Assembly: GCF_001194135.2 (NCBI RefSeq)
Contig: NC_068991.1
Coordinates: 42,620,071-42,684,070 of the forward strand
Direction: 5' to 3'
DNA length: 64,000 bases
Source: Octopus bimaculoides
Taxonomy: Eukaryota
Shown: piece after piece, positions 13,801-27,674 of the stretch
How the letters are laid out: each line of letters starts with the position of its first letter
Position numbering within the stretch: the first letter of the stretch is position 1
The notes under the pieces: model-generated
What the model was told of the DNA's origin: nothing
What the model saw: the letters and a program-made list of their open reading frames with translations, nothing else
Databases searched by the model: none
Made by a program: the position numbers and the translations under genes

Positions 13801-16800
13801 TGAGGAGGTCCTGGATATCAAGCAGGGATCCTTCTCGATAGAGCTTGAAGTCATATTGAGGAAGACCAAAAACCTGCAGGATTGGATGACATCTCCCCCT
13901 GAAGTCTGGAAAACCGACAATTTCAATGGCATTCTTCTCAAATCGTGCAACTCAGTATATCATCAATGTACAGAAATCATAGTTCAGCACTGAATACACT
14001 TGTTTTATGATAGGGTTTACTCATTGAGGAGCTTACGGAGCTAGTGTTTTATTGGCATGGTGATATTTAAGACATTACATTTAATACTTTCTGCTTTATT
14101 TTATTTGACAACATATTTGTTGATTTGGGAAATAAGAAGTTGCTACTATGGAAAGCAGTCAGTTGTTAATTAAAAAAGAATGTCTCTCATCATAATTTAA
14201 TGTCTGTTTTCCATGCTGGTTTAGGTTGAAAGATTTGACAGGACCCAGTGAGCCACAGAGGTGTGCCGAGTGGAAATTTGTTTTCAATACTTGTTTTTAA
14301 ACTATCTCTTGAGGGCTTCCATATGTTTTAATTACATTACTAAAATATTATTATAGTTGTTTACTATAATATTATTTGACAAGAGGTCAGCAAATACAAC
14401 ACTATTAGCTGATAGCCAATTAAAGTTTTACATCTTTATGTTTAAATACTGTGGGGACAATATTTTCATTTCTGTTCATGTTGGTGATGGAGAAATCATT
14501 AGATAGTGCTGATAATATTCTAAGGTTGAGCTATATGCATCTATTCCTTTCCTTTACAGAATTTGACCTTTTGACTCCTGAATCCCACTCTCCCATTTAC
14601 CATAAATAACTTCTAGATATTTCTTAACAACTGAAATTCAATTTATTGTTATGCAAAGTGTAAGAGTGCATCTTGCTTTGATTCCTTTCAGTTTGCAGTT
14701 TGTCCTTTTGAAGGTTTTGTAATGACAAGTTCAATTTGAGAAAAACTTTTGGTTTCAGTAATTACCATTATTAGTTCATGGAAACTTATAACGAACCATA
14801 CTGAGAACAGTTGAATTCATATAGTGACTTCTGCAAATGACAAATGACAGAGCAAAAGCAATTAAACAAGTCCTGATTAACAGCACTTGTTACTAATTGT
14901 TCTGACTATGGAATTTGTGGGCTGACAAGGTAAACCCTGAAATTCAAAGTTTTTCTCAAAAACAGCTAGCTATCACGGTTTTACAGAAGTGCCTAATATT
15001 TTATTTATTTCTCCCATTTCATGATCATTTGATTCTTTCTTGATGTGACATCCAGGTGAGCATTGCTTTTAGTCTTCCTAATAATTCTCTTGACCCCTGC
15101 TGCATGTAATACTAAAACCAAAATGGGAGCCTGTTATTTGAAAATGTCAAGTGGTGGTGGTGGTGGTGCTCAGTAACATTTGATTATAATTTCTTTCTTT
15201 TTAATGCAAGATATTTCTTCTTCATTGCAACTTATGTTGGAATTAACAAGGATTATCTTGTTTTTTTGTTTTTCTATATTTGTTATAAATAAATTTTCGG
15301 TACTTATTTATATATTGTTTTATTTCAGGTCCTTGAATAAGAGACTTGAATTTTTGCTCATAATTAAGACATTATTTACCATTCTTATTACTGTTTCTGT
15401 TTTAGTTCTGGTCAAGTGAGACATGTAATTCAAAAATAACTTAGAAAACCCTGGTGATGAATGCTGTATGGAGTTAGTTGAATTAGCAAAGCAGATATTG
15501 TCTGAAATTGGGATAAATAAGCTTTATTATATTAAGGAATTATTAATGACAATTAATTATCATTAACAATACTCTGAATTAGTCAACAATCATAAACTCA
15601 CCTCTCAGACTTATTCTAAGAATTTTTTTTATCATCTATTGCACCGACCTTCATATGGTTGCTTTGAGAAGCATGATAGTTAAGATACTGACTTGTAATT
15701 CTTGATACTGAGGTCAAAACTCAAACATTACAAAAGTCTTTGTCACTAGACTTATTACTCTGCTTAATTTGGCTTTAATCCTTTAGTATTCAACTCACTC
15801 TGTCAAATGTATTTATTCACACTGTTTTGAATTAATTATACATTGTTGTAGCTTTGATATGTTGATGTGATTGTTTATTTTTAGAATGACATTGTAATGT
15901 AAGAAAGATGGGTAACATCTGGCCAGTTTGAACATAAAAAAAGAGAAAATGTATGGGCCTAATATGGGTAGCTTAAATGCTAAAGAGTTAATACTAAAGA
16001 TAGAAGCTGGTCCCTATATTGTAGTTGAGTTGTTGGCATTAAGTAACTACAACTGCTCCTATACTGCATATGTTTACATGTTTGCATTTCAAAGTAGCCA
16101 TCTGGTTCTTGTAGAGTAAATGTAGTGCTGACTGAAAGACCAAATTTTTTATCTTCTTTCATAGATACTGCATTATATCCTTGGAAAAACCTTCTGTTCT
16201 CAGCTCATGAATATGCAACATGGTGAGGATCCATTTATCAAGCTACAATAGGAAGTTCTTCATAATTTTCTAAGTTTACAGTGCTGAACTAAAATTCTCA
16301 TAGTGATAGCTTGTTGAGTGATGAACTCCATGAAGCTGGTTTGATCTAAATATACTACATAAAGAGAGATTCTTTAGACATCAACCTATGCTGTTGAATT
16401 GGGGAAGAAAACCATGTATGTGTTGTCTAAAGAACAGTAAACAAACTGTGAAATGGTCCATTAGGAGATTACTTCTTTCTTTTCCTCTACACATCAATAA
16501 CATAGAATACTTTTACATTTTTATCTAACCCATAGCAAAATTTTGTAATGTTTAAATTTATTTCAGTTCTTCTGATTTACACTGTGTTGTGTATAAAATA
16601 GAAATAGAAATCGCTCAATGGTTCAATAGGTAAAAGCTATTCTTGGAGAATAGCCTTTTCTTGTTCTGATTATGTAGACTATGTCACATCAAGGGCTGGT
16701 AAAAGGATTTGAGATGCTTAGGCTGGTCACTATCAAGTTCTGTGGAATCATTAGCATTTTTCCAATAGCCAGCTGTTAGTCATGAATATTTAGTATTTTG

Positions 16801-19800
16801 AAATCTATGATCTTGGTACTTACAGTGGTAAGCAAGTTTTATGAGGGGATGACTATTTTGTTAGTCAATTTGAGTGACATCATAAAAATTCTTTACTTTT
16901 AGTTCCCTTGGTTTTAATGTTGAATGTACTGTGCATCTATTTTGTTATATATATATATAATAAGAATGATGTAGATAACCTAGAAAGTTTGAAGAAAACA
17001 TTGAATATTAATTTCATTTGGAGATGGACAAAATTGAACTTTTCTTTTTAAACTTGTCTGTGGAATATTGTTCAAACATATTTTTATGTACAATATTATT
17101 ATCATTATTATTATTATTGATGATGATGATTATTATTATTAAGGTGGTGAGATGGCAGAATCGTTAGCACACTGGACGTAATGCTTAGTGACATTTCGTC
17201 TGTCTTTACATTCTGAGTTCAAATTCCACCAAGGTTGACTTTACCTTTCATCCTTTTTGGGAGATCAATAAAACAATTATCAGTTGAGCACTGGGGTTGA
17301 GGTAATTGAGAGCTTCCACCTCTAGTTTTTGGCCTTATACCAAAATTTAAAATGATATTATTATTATTATCATCAAGGTAGCAAGATGGCAGAGTCATTA
17401 GTGCATCGGACAAATACTTAGCAGTATTTCTTTCAGTGTTATACTTTAAATTCAAATTCCACTGAGGTCAGCTTTACCTTTTGTGCTATTGAGATTGATA
17501 AAATAAGTACCAGTTGATCTCTGGGGTCAATGTAGTCGACTTACCGACTCCCCCAAAATTACTGCTTGTGTGCCAAAATTTGAACCATTATTATTATTAT
17601 TGAGTGTGAGAGCAGTGCATGTCATCAAAGTGACACTGGGGAACAAATATATGAACCCCAATATACCCATGATAACTACTGGTCTGAAAAAGGGTACAAT
17701 AGGCAGATGCATAATAACCATATGTGTGCGACATGGTGACCTCATATCAAGATAAACAGCTCATGGCTTGCAGGTGGAGTCCAGTTAGAATTTTCTTGAG
17801 GTCATTTAGCCCATCCTGCTCAAAAGGTCCTTAAATAAGGGTTGTTTAAGGATGATGAATGAAACACCCATGTTTCCAGGGATGAATTATTGAAACCCTA
17901 AAGAATCTCTTTCAACACATGACTGATGCTCCCCCACTACTCCTGCTCATGATCAGAGATACACATATTATCAGCCACTATGGGACATGCTTAAATGGTT
18001 ATAGTCAAGCAAATCTGTGGTATTGAACTGAATATTTGCTGTAGCCCATCCTTTATACCAAGAGAAAACCTGTACAAGTTAGCACTTTCAATCAGTTAAG
18101 ATCAAAATCCGAGAGAGCCACTGCCTGGTATTATTATTATTATTATTGGGACAGTGAGCTAGTAGAATTGTTAACCTGTCGTACAAAATGCTTCACAGCA
18201 TTTCTTCTAGCTTTAGGTTCTGTGTTCAAATTCTGCTGAGGTTGACTTTGCCTTTCATTCTTTTGCAGTGGATAAAATAAGTACCAGTTGAGTACAGGAA
18301 TTCATATAATTGGCTAGCCCCCTCCCTTAAGAAAAATTTTGGGCCTTGTGTGTATTGTAGAAAGAATTATTATTATTGAGTGAGAGAGCAGCGCATGCCA
18401 TCAAAGTAATACTGGGGTAAAATATACGAAGCCCAGTATACCCATCATGACTACCCATCTGATAAGAGTACACCAGACACATGCATCAAAACCATATGTG
18501 TGTGACTTGGTGATCTCGTATCAAGATTAACAGTGCATGACCTTGCAGATGGGGCCCAGTTAGAATTTTCTTCAAGTCGAGTAGCCCATCCCACTCAAAA
18601 GGTCCCTGAATAAGGGTTTAAGGATATTGAATGAAACACACCTGTTTCCAGAGATGAATTATTCAAACCAAAGAATTTCTCTCAACACATGGCTATGATC
18701 CGCCCCCACTACTTCTGCTCCTGATCAGTGATGCACATATTGTCTGCCACTAAGGGACATGCTCAACTGGTTATGGTCAAACAACTGACAAGCAAATCTA
18801 TGGTACTGAGCAGAATATTTGCTGTAGCCCATCTTTTACACTAAGACAAATGATATACATGATAACACTCCCCGTCAGTTAAGATGAGAAGGCATGAAAG
18901 CCACTGCCTGGTACTGCGTCAGGGCATTTTTTATTATTATTATTATTTTCTCTTTTGATTAACCTTAGGAATTGGGTTTTCTTTTATCTTTTCATCTATG
19001 TACCTATTATTATTATTTTCCCTTTCTATTAACCTTAGAAATTGTGTTTCTTTTGGGCTTTCTTTTATCTTTTCATCTATGTACCTATTATTATTATTTT
19101 CCCTTTCTATTAACCTTAGAAATTGGGTTTCTTTTGGGCTTTCTTTTATCTTTTCATCAATGTACCGTATTCATTTAATTATGAACAATGGTCAGGTATT
19201 CATTTTTCTGTGATAAATAAAATGTTTTATGACATAAATTATCAAACATTTTGATGCTGAGCAATCTAAACTATATTATTTTTGATTAAAAAGTGAAATT
19301 ATAGAATAAATAATAAAATCAATACTTTCTATCAGAAAGTATTGACTNNNNNNNNNNNNNNNNNNNNNNNNNNNNNNNNNNNNNNNNNNNNNNNNNNNNN
19401 NNNNNNNNNNNNNNNNNNNNNNNNNNNNNNNNNNNNNNNNNNNNNNNNNNNNNNNNNNNNNNNNNNNNNNNNNNNNNNNNNNNNNNNNNNNNNNNNNNNN
19501 NNNNNNNNNNNNNNNNNNNNNNNNNNNNNNNNNNNNNNNNNNNNNNNNNNNNNNNNNNNNNNNNNNNNNNNNNNNNNNNNNNNNNNNNNNNNNNNNNNNN
19601 NNNNNNNNNNNNNNNNNNNNNNNNNNNNNNNNNNNNNNNNNNNNNNNNNNNNNNNNNNNNNNNNNNNNNNNNNNNNNNNNNNNNNNNNNNNNNNNNNNNN
19701 NNNNNNNNNNNNNNNNNNNNNNNNNNNNNNNNNNNNNNNNNNNNNNNNNNNNNNNNNNNNNNNNNNNNNNNNNNNNNNNNNNNNNNNNNNNNNNNNNNNN

Positions 19801-22800
19801 NNNNNNNNNNNNNNNNNNNNNNNNNNNNNNNNNNNNNNNNNNNNNNNNNNNNNNNNNNNNNNNNNNNNNNNNNNNNNNNNNNNNNNNNNNNNNNNNNNNN
19901 NNNNNNNNNNNNNNNNNNNNNNNNNNNNNNNNNNNNNNNNNNNNNNNNGATATTAACCAACCCAAATTCCATCCATGGTTCTATGATGCAACCTTCTTGT
20001 TTTAAAGTTATTTAAGTTAAAATCTTCCATCAAGGTTTTGTACTAATTTATGGGTGGAATTCTGGTTTAAGCACCCCATATAACCCCTTATAACATTTTT
20101 TTTATTTTTTGGAATTTAAAAACAAATTTTTTTCCTAATTGTATGAATTCCCATGTATAGAACAAAAATTCACAAAAGTTTTCTGAAAATTCCAAAAACT
20201 AAAAAATGATGAGGGTTATATGGGTTGCTTAAACCAGAATTCTGACAATTTATGTTCATCAAAATTTTATATTGTTTTGAACACTAGCTTAACCCTTTTG
20301 ATACTAAACTACCTCTGGTTCCATGCTATATCTCCCTGTTTCAATGTGATCTAAACTACTTCCTTCCATCAAAATTTTATTTTAATCTATGTTCTAAATA
20401 ATGACAAAATTATATTACCAAATTTTTCATTATTTTCAAAATTAACTGAAGTAAAGATAGTGTTGAAATATAGTAACAAAAGGATTAAATATAATACACC
20501 TTTTCAAATGAATGGAAAATATCTTTACTCTTAAGTTCCACTTGAGAGTGAAGGTTGCAGAATTCACTATTTTGACAATCTTTTTGTGAAGCTTTCAAAG
20601 TATTTTCCCATTTTCACAACAGATGTTATCATATTTTCATTCATATAACATCCTGCTTTTGTTTTTGACTAACCTTTTTGATATCACTCCCACCTGAAAC
20701 TGCTCTTGGATCTGTGTTACAAACTCCTTGTTTTAACCCTTTTGATACTAACTCATCCAAGACTACCATGGTTCTGTACTACAAATGTCTTGTTTTCAAA
20801 AATTCTGAATTAAAATCTTCCACCAAAACTTAGTTGTAATTTATGTTCCTAACACTAGTTTAATAACAAAGTTATTTTCATTAAATTCTTTGTTATATTT
20901 AAAATTAATTGAAATAAACACTTAGGGTATCTCAACAAAAAGATTAAAGTGATCTAAATTGAAAGCTCCCATCAAAATTTTGTGTTAATTTATGCTCCAA
21001 ACTCCAGCTTAATGACAGTTATTTTACCAAATTCTTCATTATTTCAAAATTAATTCAAACAAAAGCAATGTATTTCAACAGAAATAAGGTAACAAAAGAA
21101 TTAAAAAAGCATCTTGATAAAGTGAGGATCTAACATATTTAATATAGTGAGGTCCACAAAATATTTTATTAAGCCTTATGCATTCAGGTTACTCCATCAA
21201 ATGTAATACTTATTCATTAACTTTATTTTGAATTAATCTTGCAGCTTTGAGATTTCAATGATGTGATTGTAGGGTAGGTGTAAGAGACCAGATATTGATA
21301 GTTTGAACATAAAACAGATAGAATATTTGGGCTGCATGTGGCCAGTTTAAAATGCTAATGGGTTAATTCAAATTTAACCTGTAATGAAAAGTAAAACCAT
21401 TAATGTTCATGATAATTCTTGTCAAAAAATGCAAGTTAGATAACTGTGAGGTCTACATTAATAAAAAAAGTTTGATTAAAGAATGAGCTGGGTCTTTGGT
21501 AAGTACTGTGGTGACCCCAAACATGTTTCAGAGTTATTGAACCTCATCAGAATAGCATAACCTTACTTGAATTTACTAGACCTTAGAATGATTGAGAAAA
21601 TATGAGTAACAAAGCATTCTTGATAAGGTAATTTAAAATAATGAAAAAGGTGCCTCTTATATGAAGAATATATAATTAAATATGTTAGCTTCCACCTAAC
21701 TATTCATTTTCCATGCAGAAGGCATCTCTGGGGAGCATCTTGACTAATATAATACAAGGGATATATTATTTCAGCATTAACTGTGAAACAAACGGTCATT
21801 CAAACTGAAAGAGCTGTTCACATTTATTACAATTGTTATTATTGTTATAAGATGGTGAGCTGGTAGAATTTTTAGAGCAGCAGAATAAATGCCTTGTGGT
21901 TTGTCTTCCTATTCTTTACATTCTTAATTCAAATCCTACTAGCATCAACTTTAGCTTTCATCCTTTCAGAGTTGCAGTCACGTACTAGCATCGATGGTAT
22001 TGACCAACTCCCTGCTTACACACTAAATTTCAGGCCTAGTGCGTACATTGGAAGCAGTTATGAATTTTCATGTGTGATAAAACTTGTGCAATTTTTACTC
22101 AACACTTGATTAGGGGTGGTGGCGGGTTGGATAGGGGAAGACACCCAGTTACATTGGTTAATGAAACAAGGGAGGTAACTCTTTATTCTCAGTGAAATAA
22201 ATCTTAAGGTAGCAATGAGTGCTATTGATTAACCTGGACATAATTTATTATTGGTATTTATGTTCAACTGTATTAGTGGTACACACACACACATGATATA
22301 TATATATATGTTTGTGTGTGTGTGAATGGATTTTACCAATGCTGCATTGATAAATGGTAAAGTTGTCTTTGGTATTATCCACTCTCTACAGTGTATGGTC
22401 CCAATTTTCATATTATAACTATATTATTTGAATGACTGACTTAACCAGTTACACTATTGATACATTTATGGCAATAATCAATACCATTATTGCTTTACTT
22501 TGTATAAATTAGTTACTTGCAACAATTTATTACAAGGTTTTATTTTTATTTGTTAAGTTTTATTACTTTCAGAATTATATACAAATTACCATGCCAGTTT
22601 TATGTAATTTGCTTAATGAATCAGGCTGCTTAATTTGAGATGATGAATGTTAATTTGTGAAGATGTGTGAAGCTGTTTGCCAAAAAGTTTCTTCATTGTT
22701 TGGCAATTTGTCAGTTTGGTTGTTTACTATATTTCTAACCTGTCTACCAAAATGCTTGCTTGCAAAGTTGTATGTTTCAAGCTACCTGTAAACCTAAGTT

Positions 22801-23748
22801 GGCTATTTGCTTATAATATATAGTAAGGACAAAAACAAACTGGCTTTCACACACTCTATATATTATTTTCCAGTTTAGTTATTTGCTAATCATTTGCCTA
22901 ATTTATCCATGTTTTGTAAATATGGCAACTGGACAAGTTATTGTAGGTAATAAATTACTTTAAATGATCTTTTAATATTAGCATGTATGAGCATGTCTGA
23001 ATAGTTTACAAGTTTAACGTTGACTTCTAAGTTGACTCTGCTAAGCTGAGTAGATTTTTTTGTTTACTGGTTACTCAGTTTGTTAACTAGTTGGTTGATA
23101 GCTATTTTACTATTTGGTTGTCTGCAAAGTCAGTTATTTGGCAATGTGTAACACTGCATGAAGAACATGCCAAGTTAGCAGTCAATTGCATGATATGCCT
23201 AATTGCATGCTTGCATGCAATATTTGTATATTGTTACACATAGGCTATTTTCTTATAACTTGTGTGTCTACTGTGTTCAGTGCCAATTTATTTGGCTACA
23301 TTACTATGTCTTCAGATTAGCAACTTTACTGTCAACTTTGGTAATCTCACTATTTGGAAAGTAACAATTTTCTTTTCTTTCAAGCATATTATAAAAGTTA
23401 CATATTTCCTAGTTGGATCAATTTATATATTTTCTAATTTCATTATTTTTTAAATTTTTTATTTTATGAATCCAACTTAAATATATAATATATAATTTGC
23501 TTGCAAAATTTTAAGTTTGTAGCTAGTTGGCTATTTCCATTATAAACTATGGAGCATGAATTGGCTCTTAAAAGTATTTCCTGTGTTTTGCCATTTTAAA
23601 TTAGCACTGTAGCTACTGCATATGTAGCCTATTGGGATATTATAATACTATATATATATGTGTGTGAGTATATGAGTATGTATATATGTATGCGTGTGTA
23701 TATCTATGTGTGTATATGTATATATATATATGTGTGTGTGTATATATA

Positions 23749-23792
<44 letters not shown>

Positions 23793-25104
23793 CATACATA
23801 CATACATACATACATACACATATATATATATATATATATAAATATTATTTTTAAATATCCAAGGGAAATAACCCATTCGCTCCTCAAAATAACCCATTCA
23901 TGTTCATAAATCATTTCGTATAAATCAAATTGGGTATGCTTATTTCTTAGCATTTGAACTATTTGAGTTATTTTCGCAATTTATCCAGTACAACGCTTAA
24001 ACAAGTAAATGGTATTTTCTTAAACAATAGATCCACTTCTTTCGGTTAGTGACTTATTCACGAATATACCAACACTAGCGCCGCTGAAGGTAATATTCTC
24101 TGCGAATGTACAAAAGCTTTTTTTCAGAGTTATTTACTTTGAATTGTTATTATCTCATATCTAATTAGCCTGTTATTACGTAACATGCTTCACGATTTTA
24201 GTATACATACCTTATTAGTATCTCCTCCTAAGTTCTATATACTTTGGGAATGTATTAAAGCCCTTTCATGTTATTACATAATTGACTTCACAATTTGGGT
24301 ATTCATAATTCATTGAGAATTCCTAAAAACAAGATCCTGTGTAAGACAGTTCAGTATTCCCAATAAATGCACAAAAACCGTTTTAAGGGCTACATACTTT
24401 GTATTTTTGTTACTGGATTAACAAAACAATTATGAGAACAGAACTAAGGGATACCCTCGCTTGATGGGGATGCTCAGGTTGGAGGGATCAGTGGAATGGC
24501 TGGCAGGGCGAATAGAGTGCAGTATTATGGGCATGTGTTGAGGAGGGATGACGAGCATGTTCTGAGGAAGGTGCTTGAGTTTAAGGTAAATGGACTGCAA
24601 AAGCAAGGTAGACTGGGGAAAACATGGAGAGGACAGGTGGAGGAGATTAGAAGGATTGGCTTGAGAAGGGAGGACACCCAAAACCAGGCAAGATGGTGTG
24701 AGGGCGGTTGCTATGGCCATGAGGTAGAGCGGGCCACCCCTGTTAATGGAGACAAAACCCGGATTTAAAACACTGAATGATGATGATGATTTTGTTATTT
24801 CTTGACAAAAAACATGACGTCTATGACATCAACACACATACATACAGAATACACACACATATAATGAATGTCATGGTGTGTCAATCAACACAAACACCCG
24901 TCTGCTATCTGTGACAGATCATGAGTGGAAATGCTTGAAGGGGCTTTTTGTTTTCATCTTTCCTATTTGGATTTTTGAAACACACATCCATATCCAAATA
25001 GTGGAGAAAAACCTGAATGTAGGATATATATTCATTCCCAGAATGTAGGTTGGCATAAACTATTTGAATATTAATTTTGAGTTAGAAAATCTCATGAGAT
25101 TGCA

Positions 25105-25162
<58 letters not shown>

Positions 25163-27602
25163 ATATTTCACTTGGGTATTGTGAGACTAATAACCTGGTG
25201 TAGAACTCAATATCTGTATGCTTCAGAATGAAGTGTTAGACGAGTACAGAGCAGTAATAAGAAAACGAGATGACAAAGGAAAAAACGATTGTTATGAACT
25301 TCATTAGCTTACAGCTGTTTCTACTATAAGATGCAGTGGACCCTTAATTGAGTGCCTGAATAACACCTTATAGCTTCATTGGAGCCTCAAATATGAAGTC
25401 ATCTTCTTGTGTATATATATATATTTATATATACAGCGTGTGGTGAATAAAGTCATCTAAATTATGCAAAAATGAAAATAACTCTGACATAAGATTACCC
25501 AAGAATATCTTGAAATACTAAGGAGGAAATTTATTCAATGACATTGCCATTGGCTTCAACCACTGCCTCCAGACAACTTTGGAATCTCCTGCAGCTCTTC
25601 TGGACAGTCTCTTTATTTAAGTTGGTGTATGATGCCTTAATCCTTGCCTTAAGTTTGTCTTACAAGGAGTTTTGTTGGTCTCTTGTTCAATTGCACCCCA
25701 CACATAATAATCAAAGGAGTTGCAGTCTGGGGAATTAGGTGGTGAGATGTTAGCGGTGATGTGGTTGCAGAAATTGTCTGACAGTCATGACTGGGTTCTC
25801 CTGCTTGTGTGGCATGGTGCAGAGTCCTGTTGTGAGAGATAGGGTCTTCCAGCAACCACCCTCTTGACCCAGGGCAACACTATTTCCTCCACCAGGCACT
25901 TTATGTAGGCCTCTGTGTTAAGTTTGAGGCCGTGTAGGAGGATGAATAGCAGTATAACATTGCCATCACTAGTGATCACTCCAAATACCATAATGTTGAC
26001 TGGATGTTTGATTTTTATCACTCTTGGTGCATATCCTTAGATTGACACCAAAACACTCTGAAATGTTCGTACTGAAGTTTCCAGTGTGAATGCCAAGCAG
26101 TACAGCATGTCGTTTCCAAATTTCTGGCAGAGTAAATTGTGTCATGGTGCTGTTTTTCTCACAGACGGTGCCCACCTGATTCTACTATACTGTGTAGTTG
26201 ACAAAATCAAAAACAAACAATGCATATGCACAAACTTGAAAATATAAAATGGCAACAATTTACCCATTGCACCTCTTCGGACAGGGGAGGTCAGCCACTT
26301 CCCCTTAGTGGCTGACCTCCCCTGTTCGAAGGTTATAATGGACACAGGTTCGTGTGTCACATAGCTAGCTAGAGGCGAATGCCTCTTGGAGCTAATCAAC
26401 GGCAGCATTCGTCCTATTTCCCTGGACTGCCATGTTAGCTTGGCGATAGCTATTAATATATACATACACATGTATATCAAATATAGATTGCAAAAATCAA
26501 TTTTTTTCCAGTTTCTGATTTTTCATAGCACATTCTCAATATATCAGCCTATTCTAATATACTTTTTTAAAATAATGGAAAATCATCATCATCTTTGTTT
26601 AACATCCTCTTTCCATGCTGGCGTGGGTTGGACAGTTTGACTGAGGACTGGCAAGCCAGGAGGCTGCACCAGGTTCCAATCTGATCTGCAAGGTTTCTAC
26701 AGCTGGATGCCCTTCCTAACACCAACCACTCTGAGAGTGTAGTGGGTGCTTTTTACATGCCTCTGGCACAGGGGCCAGCCAGGCAGTACTGGCATCGGCC
26801 ATGCTTGAATGGTGCTTTTTATGTGCCACGCACAGGAGCCAGTCCGGTGGGACTGGCATTGACCACGCTCGAATGGTGCTTTATGCAACTAAAAATAAAT
26901 AACTGCATGCTTTCATTATCCTTAACATTCATGTGATTTTAAATCCAGCATTTGCCCCAAAGAGATAAATCCTTCACTGCATATAATATTTGTATCACAA
27001 TTTAGGTGGAAAATAACAATAATACATCAAGGAATTACAAACGCTTACACTTAAACAAAAATATGTTATTCAAAAGCATTGCTGTGAAAATAATATTTTG
27101 CAAGTTTAACATGCTTCAGACTGAAGTGTAAACATATTAAAGTGCATGATACAGGAGCAGTAGTTTATGTATTGAGGTATATTTGTACATAGATGGCAAT
27201 CAAGAGTTGCACAGGACTGAAGTATTTCTTAGCTATAAAGATGTAAATTTGGTAATGATAACATTGAGTTTTTTAAGCACTACCAAATGGTATTAGTAGT
27301 TGAATGTAAAGCATTAAATGCACAAATTATTTGCACATATACATAGAAAAATGAAAATAGAAAACTTTCTTTAAATCTGTTGACACCAACCTGCCCTTAG
27401 TTCTATGAAGCAAACTTCCTGTTTTAAAGTTATCTTGATTAAAATCTTCCATCTAAATTTCATGCAAATTTATGTTCCAGACACCAGCCAAAAACTGACA
27501 GTTTAATAAATTGTTTGTTACTTGGAAAATATTTTGAAACAAAGACTTCATTGCAACAGAAATACAGTAACAAAAGAGTTAAATATTACATTGAATGTTG
27601 TA

Positions 27603-27674
<72 letters not shown>

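Noticed and set aside
18840-18925. Faint resemblance of the family X 5' end to 5S rRNA
   Set aside because: Too few matching bases by eye, and no clear internal control region boxes.
19276-19972. Long ORFs of 100-229 aa here and at 52652-53284 and 57929-58588
   Set aside because: They consist mostly of X from assembly gaps.
25300-25360. Second hammerhead remnant on the - strand (GAAAC-AGCT-GTA with palindromic loop) in a probable Penelope-like end
   Set aside because: The CUGANGA box has decayed (CAATTAAG), so it cannot be called a ribozyme.
26262-26282. CCATTGCAC...CGGA resembling U1 snRNA stem-loop II
   Set aside because: Only a 9-nt match, explained as part of the maT terminal repeat; no other U1 features.
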